Positions 36,211 through 52,000 of a DNA stretch of 64,000 bases are shown one piece after another (position 1 is the first letter of the stretch; every line of letters begins with the position of its first letter). The notes beneath the pieces are model-generated. The model worked only from the letters and a program-made list of their open reading frames with translations, made no database searches and had not been told where the DNA came from. Source of the DNA: Perna viridis. Its lineage: Eukaryota. The position numbers were made by a program, and so were the translations under genes. Where the stretch lies: contig CM074519.1 in assembly GCA_037379345.1 (NCBI GenBank), positions 22,284,103 to 22,348,102 on the forward strand, written 5' to 3'.

Positions 36211-37457
36211 TGAGTAACGTGACAGATTTATGGCGGGGTTACGTGTAAAAATTGTTTTACCAAAATGCTATTTGACCAAGTTGAAGTGTAGAATGAAGTC
36301 ATTACGAAACACTCAATTTATTTTAACTTAGAACGTTGGTAGTTAAAAAGAAATTTTGATGAATAACAATAAGAAATATAAATATTTCGGCTGAACATTT
36401 AATCGTTGTACTTAGGAATATATATTTTGCCCAAAATTCAAATTGTGATGGCTTCAGCTTACAAGAAAAGCAAAACCAACAGCAAATTCAATAAAAATGA
36501 AACATGGGTTCGAAAGACAAGGGAATAGGATCCACAAAGAAAAAGAAAAACATAAAAAGGAATTGTTAGAATGGTAGTATTCATGTATTGCTGTTCAAGC
36601 TTTGTTTAATCCACATTATTCATGTTTAAAAGTTGTTAGTGTGCTATTCGTTGTTTTTCAAACTGTGAGCACAAAAAAATAAACAACATTATTTATATTT
36701 ATTTATGCTAAAAATATACTTTTTTTTTCTAAAATAAGTTATCATGACTTCGTAGGTAATGGAACAAGAGCAATATATAGTGAGACAGCTAACCATGAAG
36801 GAGTATTTATATAAATGCATGCTATATAGTTTGAACCCTTTCAGAAATGTTCCCGTCATAAGAAAGTGGATTTTTTTATAGTAATATTCGACTTTAAGCT
36901 TTTTTTATGACAAGCCCTAATCATGTTTCTACTAGAAATAAAACTATTGATATAGAGACAGATATAATAGACTTCATACAACTTTTTGGTGAATTACTTG
37001 AAACATTCCTTACAGAAGATCAAATATGCTGCTAACTCACCAATCACAAAATGGTTCTCAGATCTGAAGAGAGCTGTAAGTAATTTGGTTGCAAGCTCGG
37101 TGTTACAATAATTCGGAAACAAATTATTTGGGTTCTTTATTAAAGTCGAAGGAGGATTTACTTTAAGCCTTGCCTTTGATATATCGAGTCGTTACTTTGT
37201 TGCACACTTCACTTCATATGTCACTGCACTTGGATTGAGAAAATCAATAGATGTACTAATTTCAAACAATAAATTGATTATACATGTAGAAGATAACATT
37301 TGGCATATTTTCTATGCATTGCTCCAATTTTCAGCAGAGTTGGGAAAGGGTTGGTATGATTTAACATTCAATGTTAAAGGTGACTTAGGTGTCAAGAGGG
37401 TTAAAAGGGGAGTAAAATAGATAAAAAATTATAATAACTTTGGAGGTAGTTTCCTTG

Positions 37458-38285
37458 AACAAATTGTGCTCCTTTACTGGCTGACCTATTCCTTTACTCT
37501 TATGAGGCTGACTTTATAGCTGTTTTGGTCCGAAAGAAAGAATATCGTTTGGCTAGATCCTTTATTCTCAGTTTTGGCTATATAGATGACATATTATCTT
37601 AAAATAATCCTAATTGCGGGGATTTGATACATCACATCTACCCCAAATAACTTGAGATAAAGAATACTACAGACACTGTTAAGTCAGCCTCATATCTTGA
37701 CCTACATTTAGAAATCGATGGTAAAGGAAAGCTATTGACCAAACTTTTCGACAAACCTGATGACTTTGCATTCAGAATTGTCAAATTTCCTTTCATCTAT
37801 GGCAACATTCTTTCAGCACCTGTGTATGGAGTGTTCATATCACAACTCATGCGTTATGCCAGAGCTTGCCGAAACTACGCAGACTTTTTGTATCGCGCTA
37901 GAACTCCAACAAACAGGCATTTGGAATAGGGTTATGTTGCTACAAGATTGAAGTCATCACTACAGAAGTTTTATGGTCGTCATCATGAACTCATGGATCG
38001 TTATGGTGTATCCATCTGCACCATGAAAACTTATTTATTCATTGGGTCATAGTTTTCCTTTCCTCGTTTGTCTACCCGGACTTGACTTTTTATGAGCAAC
38101 TCGGCGGGTGTTTCTAGAAAAGCAGAGGACGCTTACTCTACCGGTGCTCCTGATCCATGCTCCCAGTTTTTAGTGGAGTCTGAGTTCATCATTTGCTTTT
38201 GTTACTTTGTACGTATGATTTTAGTTGTTTTAAGTTCTTTGTTCTGTATGTCTGTTTTCCATGTCTGGTCTTTGTCCCTGGATTG
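37458..38285 (+). mobile_element. 5'-truncated Penelope-like (Naiad-type) RT fragment + 3' tail
   Basis: Same family as 31592-32753 in the opposite orientation (TNCAPLLADLFLYSYEADF, YIDD, RYARACRNYADFL), with in-frame stops. Confidence 0.9.
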
Positions 38286-40017
38286 CTATTTATAAAACAA
38301 ATCTTCCATTGAAACAAACACTGTGTAATTACAATATATTTGTTGGTAATATACGATCGCTGACAGTATATACATTTTGGCTCCACCCATTTTTCTACCA
38401 GCAATATACAATAATGTATACGAAGTAGAAATAAAAAAAGGATTGATACAAATTCGGTACCATTCTAAGCGTCTTTCATACAACGTTTTTATTTCGAGTC
38501 AATACATTTTTATCGGTTAGTTAGTCCAATTAAAGCCTGAGTTTTCCATGTGAGCAAAATTTATAGTTCAATTTCAGAATATATGTTGAAGCATATAGTT
38601 TTGTTTTAGGCAATTTGAAATGATGTTTTACGTTTTATTCATTTGTGTGTTTTTTGCCAGGTTTAGACAATACTATGGTTGGTTATTTTTTTTTATCTTT
38701 CGCCTAATTTAACAGACTTAATTAAATTACTATAATAAATAATAAATAATCAAAATGAACTGTGATAGAAGACGCCTAATATAAAATTTAGATGATTGTA
38801 TACTGTTTACTGACAATTTAAAAACAAATTTACTGCGTTCGAAATTGCTTTTATGCTGTTTTTTATCTTGTATGTGCCAGTCGTAAGAGATACAGGAAAT
38901 AAATTGCATCATCTATCTTGTTCAGTTCAAGTTACGACAACTAATGACTGTGGAGTCTTATTCAGTTTCAGTAACGACAACTTTGTAATTTTGTTTTAAC
39001 TGCATATATATTTTAACACAACTTATACTTCAGAGAATTAGGTAGGTAATAGTAGATTGGATAAAGATTTATACTTTAAAAAATAATTTAGCTAATGTGT
39101 TTACCTCGTTTATGATGATTGAAGATATTTACTATGACCAATTCCATTTTTGATATAAACGACTGACAACGTCATACCAGATGAACATTAAGGGTAGAAA
39201 AATAAAAGTGTAAACAGTTAAATGTATTGTTTGTTTTATATGTAATATCTTATCGTGTAATAATTGTGATAACTTTGAACATTCCACCTACTAGGAAGTA
39301 AATCTATATAGAAATATTTAAATTCATATAAATCTATGACAGGTCAACCAAGTTAATTCTACAGGACGCTTACTCTACCGGTGCACCTGGTCCATGCTCC
39401 CAGTTTTAAGTGGAGTCCGAGTTGCTCATTTGTTTTTGTTACTTTATATGTATGATTTTAGTTACTTTATGTTCTTTCTTGTGTTTGTATGTTTTCAAAA
39501 TAGGGTAACAGAACGACAACAATTCGTCAAAATATTAGGCAAAAAGTAATAGAATGACACAAAATCAGATTAAAACTCAACATATCTTGACTGTGGACAG
39601 GTGCATAAAAAGCGCAGTGTGGTTATCTAGTTTCATAAAGCCTGAATCATCACGACCTCATTCAAGTTAAAAATTAACTTGCACAATGAATTGAACGGAT
39701 AAAAATACCTTTATCACACATTACATTTTAATTTTGCACGATGAAAATCATCATTTTACCATTAGAACCAACAACTATTAGGATTGCAGCAATTAACTAC
39801 TTGATATGAAACAATATTATGTAAAACTTCGACGGATAGTGCTTATTGTTGCATGATTTTAATCATCATTTCACCATAAAATTAAGAAAAAATTTTAACG
39901 AGTTCTGAATACATTTTATAAGCAAAATTGATATTAAAGTGATAAACAGTAAAACATTTATAATGCATACAGTGGACGGATAGCAATATCTCTAGCACAA
40001 TATAGACCATCACTTCA

Positions 40018-43000
40018 CTATATAATTACAAATTGTCTGAAGGTCAATGACCTTCTCGAAGATGTATGACCTATCAAAACAATGTAAACTTCGTTGACAT
40101 TTTCCGGTAAAAGAAACTCTAACGACGGTTTTGATACTGTAGTCAGCTTGACGATGTCGGTACTCTCTTTTGTCGATCCGATTGAAACTTCAAATGTTGT
40201 TATGACTGGGTCCATTCTGAAAACCATATCCCATGTTATCTTGTAATATTCTGTTCTTAAATGCTTAATAGCAATTGGGGAACCTGAAGGAAAAACGACT
40301 TTTATTAGAGAAAAGCAACTTAAGGAGGTAGACCTGGGAAAAAGCCATAACTCTTGAAATCAGTGATATGGTTGTATCATATTCGATTTAACATAAGCTT
40401 TCAAGATTTCATTTGAAATAGAATGAAATCAATATATGTTACTCTGATGCTTACATGAGATTAATATAAACAGCACGACTACAAACGTTTCAATGATTTT
40501 TAATAATTGTGTCCCTTACCTAAGATCTACCTCCTTAAGCAATATTTTCAGTCTGAAAGACCGAGCGAAATAAAAGAAGGTAACAACAATGTTATCAATT
40601 CTCTGTAAAACATGTTGACGTGTTTCTGTTTATTATCTCAACATAAGCGTTACTTTTCGTAACACTTGTAAGCTTTAGTTTGTCTTTACCTACGTAAAAT
40701 GTATTCTGGTAATAGGCTATTGATCGCATGGTTTTGTTTTTCGTCGTCTTTAAATTGTTTGTATGTATAAGACACACTCGTTAAAAAGGAACGACATATT
40801 CAAAGTGTACCTGTTAAAATTGGTTTTCTGCAGTCTAATTCTATAGTGCTATTAATGGCCTCACTAATTAATCCTCCCTCATTTTCTGCTTGTACGGTGA
40901 ATGTGTATTTCCTTTCTCTTGTGGCATCAAGATTGCTTACTGTTATAGAGTTCTTTTTTCCAATTTTAGTCTTATCAAGTAGCTGTTTTTTGTCTGAATG
41001 TAATTCAGAAATATAAGTTTTAAGTCCTGAAGAATCTTTGAAATTGTCCCAGCTAAAAGTAAAGTTCTGATTGTTATCATTATTACAGCCCGGTGATGTG
41101 ACGTGCAACTGCCAATCAGCACAAACTGGCGGCATATATGACATAACTAAAGGCCCTAAACCTGCATACTCAGTCAGTTGTACACTATTAACACAACGAA
41201 TATCAACGTAAACGCTACTTCCATGAGCAAGTTGTAATGGTGGAGATATTAATTCATTAAGGTTTGGTGTCTCGATGAACTTAAGTAAATCACAAGACTT
41301 TGTTGAAGTACCTGTAAAATAAACATGTAAGAAAACGTGTGTCTTTTACCCAGAGTGACATGTTTTAGAATAATACACCATGACATTAATGGTTCAAATG
41401 CCTTCCAAATAACATACAGATCTCAATTTTCTTGAAGAATTTAAGAATCAGTCTTTATAAGAATCATGCCAATTCTGCAATATATGGTACACCTGAAAAA
41501 GGCTACAAATTTATATTTTTGTTATTAAGTTGCTTTGTTGGTCTATAATCTGAAATGTATTATCATCTATTCCAATCTCTTTGCTCTAAGGAGATAATTC
41601 ACAACGATAATTCAACAGTTGATATTGCGTTTCAGTGTCACTTACAGAGTTACTTCCCTTAATTTTGAATCCTATGGTACATGTTTTATAACTAATATCT
41701 GCTACATGTTATTTTTTTCTGTAAAAGTTTGTAACAATATCAACAATAAAAATACGTAGGCTTTCGAACCATAAATCATATTTTGCATGGTTCTAACCTG
41801 GAGTGCAACTTAAATAATTTGTTAAAGATTTTTAAACAGAATTGAATATAACATACTTCAGTATTCGGCTACAGCATGTGAAGCATATATTAAGTTAAGT
41901 TAAATCACAATTCAACATTTTTATTATCACCGAGAATCTAAAAGCCATGCATAAAGCAATTGCTACAAAAACTTTAATTATTTCATCAACGATAAACTTA
42001 CCAATGCAATATTCACAAGTTTTAACTGTACTTTCCTCATCAGACACCATCCAATTTGCTGTGATTACGACTGTCGTATCATCGGTGTTATTGCTGTAAA
42101 TTGCCCCAACTGCACCTTCAGTAATCATTGGAGGTGTCATGTCAAATGCCAAAGGCTTTGATGTAAAAAGAGCAGACATACCTGCATGGTTCTCGACTAG
42201 AGCAGACACAAAAAGTGTCATGCCGTGGGTAAAATTTTTCTTAATGACATCATGCCGATGTAATGGCAAAGGTCGCATATCTAAAATTTCTAATCCATGC
42301 GGTATACTTCCGACGCCTACGGACACTTTCCCGATCCCGCTTTCAGTATCAACTGTTTGAACACACACTGATATTTCATCTTGAGATATTTGTCGAGCTA
42401 TTACGGCTTCAGTGTTCAATTTGGTTATTTTTAAGCCAGAACATTTTGATATGTTGGTGTAAACAGTTGCCTTTTTTCTAACGCCATTAAGCTCTATAGT
42501 AACGTTTACGTTTTGAACGTCTGTTTGTTCGACCAAGTAAATATATTCTGACCGTACTGATTTATCCGCGTTTTTTAGAAATGGTAATGACATAGTCATA
42601 TCTCCAATGGATAAATGCGCCATGAAATCTAGTTCGGTTATGTCCACTTTGACAACAATTTGAAACAAATCATTGGGTTTACTTGCCACTGATTCAGAAA
42701 TAATCAATGACTTTTGTGTAATATTGTGAATAGATATATCTTTAATAACGCTAAACTTATGGCATTCAAAAGACTCTGGATGAGTACCGTCTATATATAA
42801 CGCATCTGAAGTGACGATTCGACTTTCGTGTCCAGCTGCATCAATTGCCTTTATATGAGCAGTTATGACGTCACCATGTCCAGGTTGACCGGGATAAGGA
42901 AAATAAATATTATCCCCAGCATTTATGAATGCTAAAGAGTCGCTACTGTTCTTTGATATGTTGTTTACTTCAAATGCAATTAAGAAATGGCTTATGAAGG

Positions 43001-46000
43001 AATGCTTGTCATCAAAGCCATGCCATGAGAAAAAAATTGGTTCGTCAGTCGACTGATAAATCTTATTGCTGTGGTGTTTTGTGTTGAATAAAACGCCCTC
43101 TGTTGGTGGTTTGGTATCAAGGAGGAAGCCGTCGGAACTAAACTCTGTCTTTAGACCAATGGTGTTGACTGCTACTACGTTGGTGTAATATTTTGTTCCT
43201 GGTTTGATATCTATACCTGTCCAAGACATTTGCGTTTTCGTTCCAACTTTAGACATCGATACAATATCATCAACTAAAAATAAAAAAAATAAAAAAATCT
43301 TACATGACGTAGAAACACAATATTTACAACAAAAATAAAAACAGAAACAAACCATAAAAAAATTAGAAACCAAACCAAACATGAGCGGTTATATCATAAA
43401 GTACGACAAAAGAATTGAAAATGATATGTTCTTCCGTTTTCGCCGTTTTTATGACGGACAGCCCATGACAGGTAGGTGCACGCTACCGTATCTGTCATGG
43501 GCGAAATTGTTCATCGCAAAGCGCAAAGTAATAGTTGTTCAGTAAAGTTCATAAGGTTGATGAATAAATTAAACAAAATTATTGTGTGCAGATTTTTTAT
43601 AGTTGTCTAACATTATATGTAAATACATTAAAATAACAAAAAGATAAAGAATTAATAAGTATCTCAGGTAATTTTCAGGGTGATTACTAATATTTCTTCT
43701 TCACAAGAGCTTTTAATCATCTTCTTTGAATCAGTGTCCAGTAATTCGACACGTATTTTATGCAAATTATGCATTGACCTCTATTGTAATTCCACTGCAT
43801 TTGCCGTAGAACGGAAGAAATACATGTACGTTCATACATCTTCTGAAAATCTAAGACTTTTAATAACCTATTAATCTTTGTTACAAAGATGTCCGTGTTT
43901 AATTTTGCGGATCACCATGCATAATTTTATGTTTACATGTACGTATCAAATAAGGATTTTACTATCTAAATTATTTATTGCAAACCTCCTTTTGACGTTC
44001 CTAGCGAAACGATAAATTCCAGAATGCCACTTTCATCGTCAGAAAATACACCATTCCAACAACCATACATATTACCGGGAGAGGATATGTAATCAACATC
44101 TTTACCGCATGGTTCAGAAGAATCGGTAATAGAATGTCGTTTATGGATAAAAGGTGGCGTGTGATCCACAATAATTGGCAAGGATGTTGCTATAAAAAAC
44201 TTTTCCTGAGATATCCATGTTCGGACATATGCTATGTAGTATGAACCGTGACTCAGTTCTCCATCTTGAAGACAATAAAAAGCATGTTGTCTTTTACCGA
44301 CATCGTGCCAAGGGTCTTCGATACTCATATTGTATATGCCTTCCCCGACACCGGAGTCATTTCTTCCAAAACTGTATTCGAACCTCTGGAAAGAAAATGA
44401 TTTGTTTTGGTATATCCAACTGCTGTATAGGCATAAAGATGAACCTGTGGCTTTGTTCCATCTATCATCTGATCGTAATGAGATATTTAAATGTAGTTGC
44501 TGCAACATGTCTTGTTTTGACGAAATTGCGTTACAGTCATCCTTTTCTTTAGAGACACATTTCTTTCCAACAACGCCACATGTGCAATGACAGAACGTGC
44601 AACCGACATTGCAAAATTCCATACTGCATGAGTGTTTTTGTATGATGAGCTCCCCTTTAGATTTATCGTATGCTAAAGGAACAACATCTACAGTCACCTT
44701 TGACTCTGGTGATGCCAGACCAGCATCATTCACTGCCCAGATTGTTAGTACTATTTTTTCCGGTAGATCCCCTTTATTCGTTGGTATTTCTGCGTTATCA
44801 GTGTCATTTATCTGCTTTGGTATAACCAGAAAATCTTCTATAATATCTGCATTGCTATAAGTAGTTCCGATGGAAATATGATAGAAACGAATGCCAGACT
44901 GAGCATCGAAAAACCCATACCAAGAAAGAGAAAGGGTGATACTTCCATTGATGCGTTTGTATTTTAACGGAAATTTAAAACCTCCCATTTGTGGGGGTGT
45001 CCAATCGACTATGAATTTGTCACTGTAAGACGTGGTACATAAATCGGCAGCATTACAGGCAGTAACCTTTACCGTGTAAACGTCACCTAGTCGTAACGAA
45101 TCGTTTCTTGAGAGACAAATCGTGTACTCATTAGCATCTGATATAATGATATCATCGACTGGAACATGTGAATCTAGATTACTGAAAATTGAGATTAAGG
45201 TTCTTACAATCGGACTTTCCTTGTCCTCGAACTTCCACATTATTTTTAAATATGATGGATCGGAAATTAATGTCTTGTTTCTGTAGGTTTCCATATGCAA
45301 GTTATAAATAAAAGGCTTCGTCAGCATATTTGGAGGAGTGTCGTCAATGATAAAACCGTCTGAACTTGTTTTTGCACATAAACCTACTTTATTACACGCA
45401 GTGACGGTGACGAAATGGCCAACTCCGACCGCCATATTTAGATTTGATTTCATTAAAGATGACGCCAGTTGTACGTTTTCAGATTTCATCACGTCACATG
45501 ACAATTTTGATGTTCCAATACAAACGTCAAAGTGATCAAGGTCAGAATGCGGATCTTGAAATCCGATCCAGGTCGCATGGACACTTTTCCTATAAATAAA
45601 AGAACCATTGCCATATCATCAGATAAACTTCATTGTATCACTGATGATATCCGACTATACGTAATAATTTACTTGTGTCTAAAATCTTTTTAATTGGAAT
45701 AACATGTGTTCTTTGTAATTCACAATGGCGTTTTTCAAAGCAATTTATTATTTTTCATTGGTATGTTGTAATTGGATTTAGGACAAGTTATAGTATGAAC
45801 GAATTGCAATAAAATAACTCAATATACTTTCAAAGTGAAATTGACGCGATTTTAGAACACGATCTAGAGCTGCTTTCAAAGGAATTATGTAGTTATCAAT
45901 AGCAAGTCCCACCCAATAGCAATGGACCCGCTCTATAAAGCTAACCTGTCCAATTGGTATCTTGAATGCTTTCCTGAATCTCCCACAACAACTAGGCCAG

Positions 46001-49000
46001 GTATTGGTGGTGACGTATCTATGACGACACCGTTTGATGTCGCTGAAGTGCAAAGACGTGCACCGTTACAAGCAATCACTGTTGTATAATATCTGACTCC
46101 ATGAACAAAGAATTGATTCCATGTGATTGCTAAAAAGAGAAATATGAAAAGGAATTCATTAAGCAAAACTATGAATAACCTCATTTGATACCGTACTCTG
46201 TTACAATTAACAAACAAAAATCCCACGATACTTCATTTCTATTATAATTATCATTAAATTATTTTTTATACACTACATAATTTGAATCAAGAATAAGAAG
46301 TACTTGCACGTTTTCAATCCAATATTAGTGAATGGTACTACATCATCTTTGCTAAGTGATGTTCCCAAACCCGCTTTGTAAAAGGTCAGCTTAGAATGAG
46401 GATCGTTGAATCCGTACCAATTTACTCTTATGGACGTTGATTTGATGTGATTCGTATTATCCTTCTAAAACAAAACAAGAAAGTCCTCATCAGCCGTAGT
46501 AACTTTTTTTGTGGCATTATCATTTTTAGCAACTTAAATTCAAGTCTGGTAAACGTTACATTTAACATTTTATGAGAAATATGCATGCACAAACACATTT
46601 TAGCTAAAATTCCAACGATATGTTAATTTTAAGCTACATGTAATGAGTATCGTTAATGTGATATAGATTGCAAATCATTCATTTTTTATAACTGTGATCA
46701 TACCTCATTTACTGGACTTGTTTCTATAACATGCCCCACTGGAGGAGGTGAGCTGTCTACAACAAACGGCAAAGACACAGTGTAAGACCTAAGTCCAGCT
46801 CCGTTTGTAGCCTGAATTAACAATGTTCAAAAACAAATTAACTTTGATGGGACAATTCAAAAAGCTGTTCTGTTAACTATTAAAGAAACTTTAACACATC
46901 AAAAAGTCTAATACTGTCATATAGTATGAGTCACCATCTACATCCTTGCCTTGACAATGTAAAATGCATAGACATGCATTAACTATCGTGAAAGCATTGC
47001 TAAAAATCAAATACAAATTAAAAATAGTAAATTGAAAGAATATATCTACAACAGTGTCCGTATAATTGGAATGAAGAACCACATTGTGTAATGACTTATC
47101 GATATCGGGATATTTGAGCGACAAGCACATAATTACTTGGACGATGATGAAATTTTTACAGAAATACGCTAGTGCGAGTTGTTTTTAGAGCTAAAACCTA
47201 GTACTGCAATGATTTATTTGAAAATCAGCTACCATTTGTAATGTAAATTCAAAATTTCTTTAAGTAAACCTATCAACCGATGAATACAATTAGACTATTA
47301 TGGACATGGCAGATGCATATGAATTTAAAACCCTTTGACAATGATTCAATGCATTAAATGAAAAGAAGTGATTCATGTAAGTTTTAAGCTTGTTCATGGA
47401 TATGCTTAGCAAAATTAATTCACCGCAATATTGACTAGTTTTTTTACAGAAAATTAATTAATCTCACAGTGACAATTGCATAATAGGTATGTCCATCTTG
47501 GGTAATGCCATTGCCATTAATCTCGGCACTATCAACAACTTCTTGAAACGGTATGACATCAGGTGAGTTGTTGTGTGACCCTATTCCTACTTCTATTTTG
47601 CGTATTCCACTCTCATCGTCCTCGATACCAGACCAGCGGAGATATATGGAATGAGCAGCAACATATCGATGACCTTCAACTTCTATTGCACCAGAAGTTG
47701 GAGGTGAAGAATCATATATTACGTGGTTAGAATATGCATCGACAGTGCGGTTAACATGACTGAATGCTACAACAGATAATTATTTTATTGAGAAATCATA
47801 TTATGCAGTTTTTCAAAAAGGTATTTCAGGTTTATTTTTCATTTATACATTGTGAAATCTATGTTCATTGCATTTCCGATAACATATAATCTAGAAGAGT
47901 TTAATTAACACCTAAATATCTATAACTTAATCTAAGAAATGATAATAAAGTAAGAATTAGAAAATAAACCTGAGAGGCGGTATAATTCTTACAACATGCT
48001 AATCTTTGAAAATGGTAAGAGTAAATATTTTCATCTGTATTTTACATTTATTTAATTCTCAATATCAGAATTGATCGTAAATAGATTTTTGCCGCTAGCA
48101 CTTAAGAATGTGTATACACTACCATTACCTCTTACAGTAGCATAATACGCATGCCCAGGTTTCAGATCAAGTCCAACAACAGCGGCCGACTCTGACAGAC
48201 CAGCTGATGTAAATGGCAATACATCATCAGCTCCTTTATTTGTTCCTGGCATGTAAATATGTTAAAGGGTTAATATTAACAATGATATTTATTCTGATAG
48301 GTTTAAGCATTAGCAATTAGTTCTGTATTTAAAAACCAAGGATACCTTTACGTTGATGTTTTGTTTTAGAATTCTCTAAAATTGTATATTCACTAATGGA
48401 ACTCAAACCTGCAATATTTAGGTTGATGTATATAGTTAAGTCAAACTTAACATGTTTTATAATAATCTGTTTAAGGAGGTAAAACTAGGATAAGGGACAG
48501 TGATAGGTTGGTATCATATTCAATTTCACCAAAGCCTATCAAGCTTTCATCTGAAATAGAATGAAAAGAATCCATGTTGCTTTGATGCTTATATGAGATT
48601 GTTGTCAAATACTGAATACAAACATTCCAATGATTTGTAAGAGTTGTGTCCCTTAACCTAGGTCTACCTCCTTAAAAACGCTATTATTGTATAATTCAAT
48701 TACAAAGATATGTAGAAGTATGTAAAATATTAGATCTTTAATTGTAAAGGTTGTATTTTAAAATCAAAACTCTTACCGATAGCATATTTGTATTCTGAAA
48801 TATCTGAAATATAACCAAGCTTTAATGCGTCCTTATTTCCCCTGAAACCTGTCCATGTAACAGTTAGCTGTGTTCCGTCAGTGACATAATTATTATTTGC
48901 ATCAATAAAAACTCTTCCTGCTCTTGGAGGACCTCCATTAATAAGAAAACCATTGCTGCATACCCTGAAGTCTAATGACATTGCACATATAAACAGGAGC

Positions 49001-52000
49001 AAAGTGTTTTTGAAGAATGGGTTTTTGAAGTCTAAAAAGCCACCTGTTGTATTTGTTGAGAAAAGACAAGAAACATCTAGAGAGCACAATGTAATAGGGA
49101 TTTCGCGTTTGGAAGTAAGATACCATGTAATTTGTGTTCGTGGTCTACCAATGACGAAGCCGCCAATCCTCACATTTGAATCAGCGAAATCCATTTCAAA
49201 TTTAGGAAGCATCTTAAGCTTTGATCCAATGTTAGTAGTATGCTGATATTTCATAAGATCTCGGGAAACTGGATTATTGAGGTTCAGATCATACAGAACG
49301 TCCTTACTAAACGTATTAGGGTCACTGATAAAGTCAATTGGAGAGCAAATGTGAGGCTTCCTACCATCAGAACAGAATGCTTCAACACATATGGAGCTGT
49401 GCTTGTAAGGTAACAATTGTGTAGCAAGAAAAACGGCATCCTGGAAAATAGTTGCAGAATAGAATAATTATTAAATCATAAATAAACATATAAATTCCGT
49501 TAAAACATGATTTAAATTTATAGTTAATGATAACCTAAAACTATATAATCAGTTGGAAAGATTTCAATTTTCTTGAAAGTAAAAGATAAGAATATTATTC
49601 AAGATCCAAATACCTCTATCAATTGACCATTTGATGATTTATCTACAATATATTTCCAGTGTGAGACCATTTTGTGTCCTTCGAGGTCAGCAAAAAGTGC
49701 CCACCTGTAAGCCTTTGATAATTCATTACCACTGCACATGTATTTTTCAATAGTTACAGCAACATTGAGATAAGTCCCGTTTACTGTTGCCTTAGCCGTG
49801 GAATGTAATGAAGGGATACGAGTAGGCACAATTGAAAATTCTTCAGAGGATACAATCGGGAGACAAACTTGTCCAAAACAAGGCCGTACAAGCGCTTTAT
49901 ATAAACCCGTTGAAAATTTCCCTGTAAAATTATACGACGTCGCGTGTCCTGCATTCGAAAATATCGGGATATTTTTGCATTTTCCTTCGTGCACTTTACA
50001 AACAGCAACTTCAAAGTGTGTAACGAGTTTTGAATATTCCTCATTTAAAATCCAATGTATTGGTATATATCTTTGAGACATTTGAGTTCTTTTGAAGGGG
50101 TTGCACTGGAATAAAGATGCATTTGTATAATTCTCATGTCCATTGTCATACAACGTGAAATTAGTTTTATCAGTGCGTCTTAGAGCCATAAACGTAATAA
50201 CGTAATAATTATAATACCAACGGGTTGCGAGAATAAGGATGTGCTTGCTTTGTAAAGAAATGTTTGCGGACGAAAAAACAGAGTATACAGTGCCAGCGAC
50301 TAATGGTAGTTTTGAATTCACTGCAATATTTGAATTCTCATGAAGATTTTCAGGTGATCCAGTTTTCAAACATTCTTTACCATACAACACCGTCACCAGT
50401 GGAAAAACCTTTGATTTCTTTAATGGGAAGAATCCATCTGAGGAAGCATAAGTTGTTCCTCCTGAGCATGAAGCTTTAATTGTAACAAAATATTGCTGAT
50501 CGCTGTCGGTGAAAGAATAGTTCTCACATACCAAATTATTCGTTCTATTGAAAGGTATATCATGAAAAGAAACGGTATCATCATTTCTAGGAGATGTCCC
50601 TAGACCAAGCTGAAGTTGAATTGTCTCATGGTGATTAAAGCCAATCCATGAAATACAATACTCATTTAAATCGAAGGTAACGTCGATATCATGGAAAGGT
50701 GGTATGCTATTACGCAGTACATCCTTAACTATACCAACTCTGGGTGGAAACAAAGATGGAATACGAAACGGTTTCGTTGTAACATTACAGAAATGCCCTG
50801 CATAGTTGTAGAATTTGAGTTGGGTGTAGAATTCATACCCATCCATCATATCGTATTTTTGTAGCCTTTGTACTGGGTACTGTATACATTGGACGTCTGA
50901 ACCACATTTACCACCTTGGTTTTCTATACTCCATTCCAGAAAAGGTGTGATAAATCTGTTACCAAAACCTGTGTAGAATACATGTTAAAAATTAAAAGGG
51001 AAACACGTTAGAATTTTTTAAAACAACATACGGAATTTATATTAATATGCCTTCATGCGAGGTTTAAATTTTCGTTATATCTGCAAGGTCTCGGGAATCG
51101 CGAGAATCAAAGCTCGCCAAATTTACGTCTAGATACTTTATATATATTTTCCATTCCATTAAATCGGAAAAATAAAGACCATGAAATTAATAGAGCAAAT
51201 TTCGAAATTTAGCATCCGCTTAAAATTCCCTTTATACAATATCTGCTTTATTTGGGACATTTTTCACACCATTTTGCAATTTTTGTGACGAGACATGCGC
51301 TTTATAAACGTTAATGCCGTGCACATATTTTTTCATGGACTACAATACAGTGAAGCGAAAAACAACCGCAAACTAACGACATGAAGATGGCAGAATTGTG
51401 AAAAAAAAAATCGTACGTGTACTTACCGAATCTAAACATAACTATCCCTATTTCGTCAGCTTGTTCTGTATCAAAAACCTCTTTTGTCATCCATTTCAAC
51501 ACCACATTCTTTCCTTTCACGACGGTTTGTATAGTTGTTAAGCACACTGGAGGAGTTTCGTCGGCAAGTATTGGTCCCAACCAAACTTTACTCTCTAGCC
51601 CAGCTCTATTGACTATACGTATGAATATGTAGAAAATATTTTCTCCAATAAGCCCTGGATGATGTTGAATGTACCTTGTTGGATGATGCACCTCAACATA
51701 ACCCTGAATGTCTGGGCCCTCAATACTTCTCGGATCGTTACCGAACCCAACGTAAGTACCAGTTATCTGACTTCGGTCTTCAGATATATCCCACCTCACG
51801 TCTAACACATCATTTGGTACGTAGATCACGTGACCGTTGTAAAGAGGCATATTTTGGCAAATAAATTCTGAGATATTTAATCCATTGCTGTATGCTTTTG
51901 ATTCTGGTATGAATTTCGCAATGATGTCATCGGATTTGTTCTTACATTTTGATAAACAAGCAGAAACGTCCATGGCAACTTTAACTAAATTTTCTTTAAT

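Noticed and set aside
36780-37420. Possible decayed coding sequence upstream of the Penelope fragment
   Set aside because: Stops in all frames examined and no recognisable motif.
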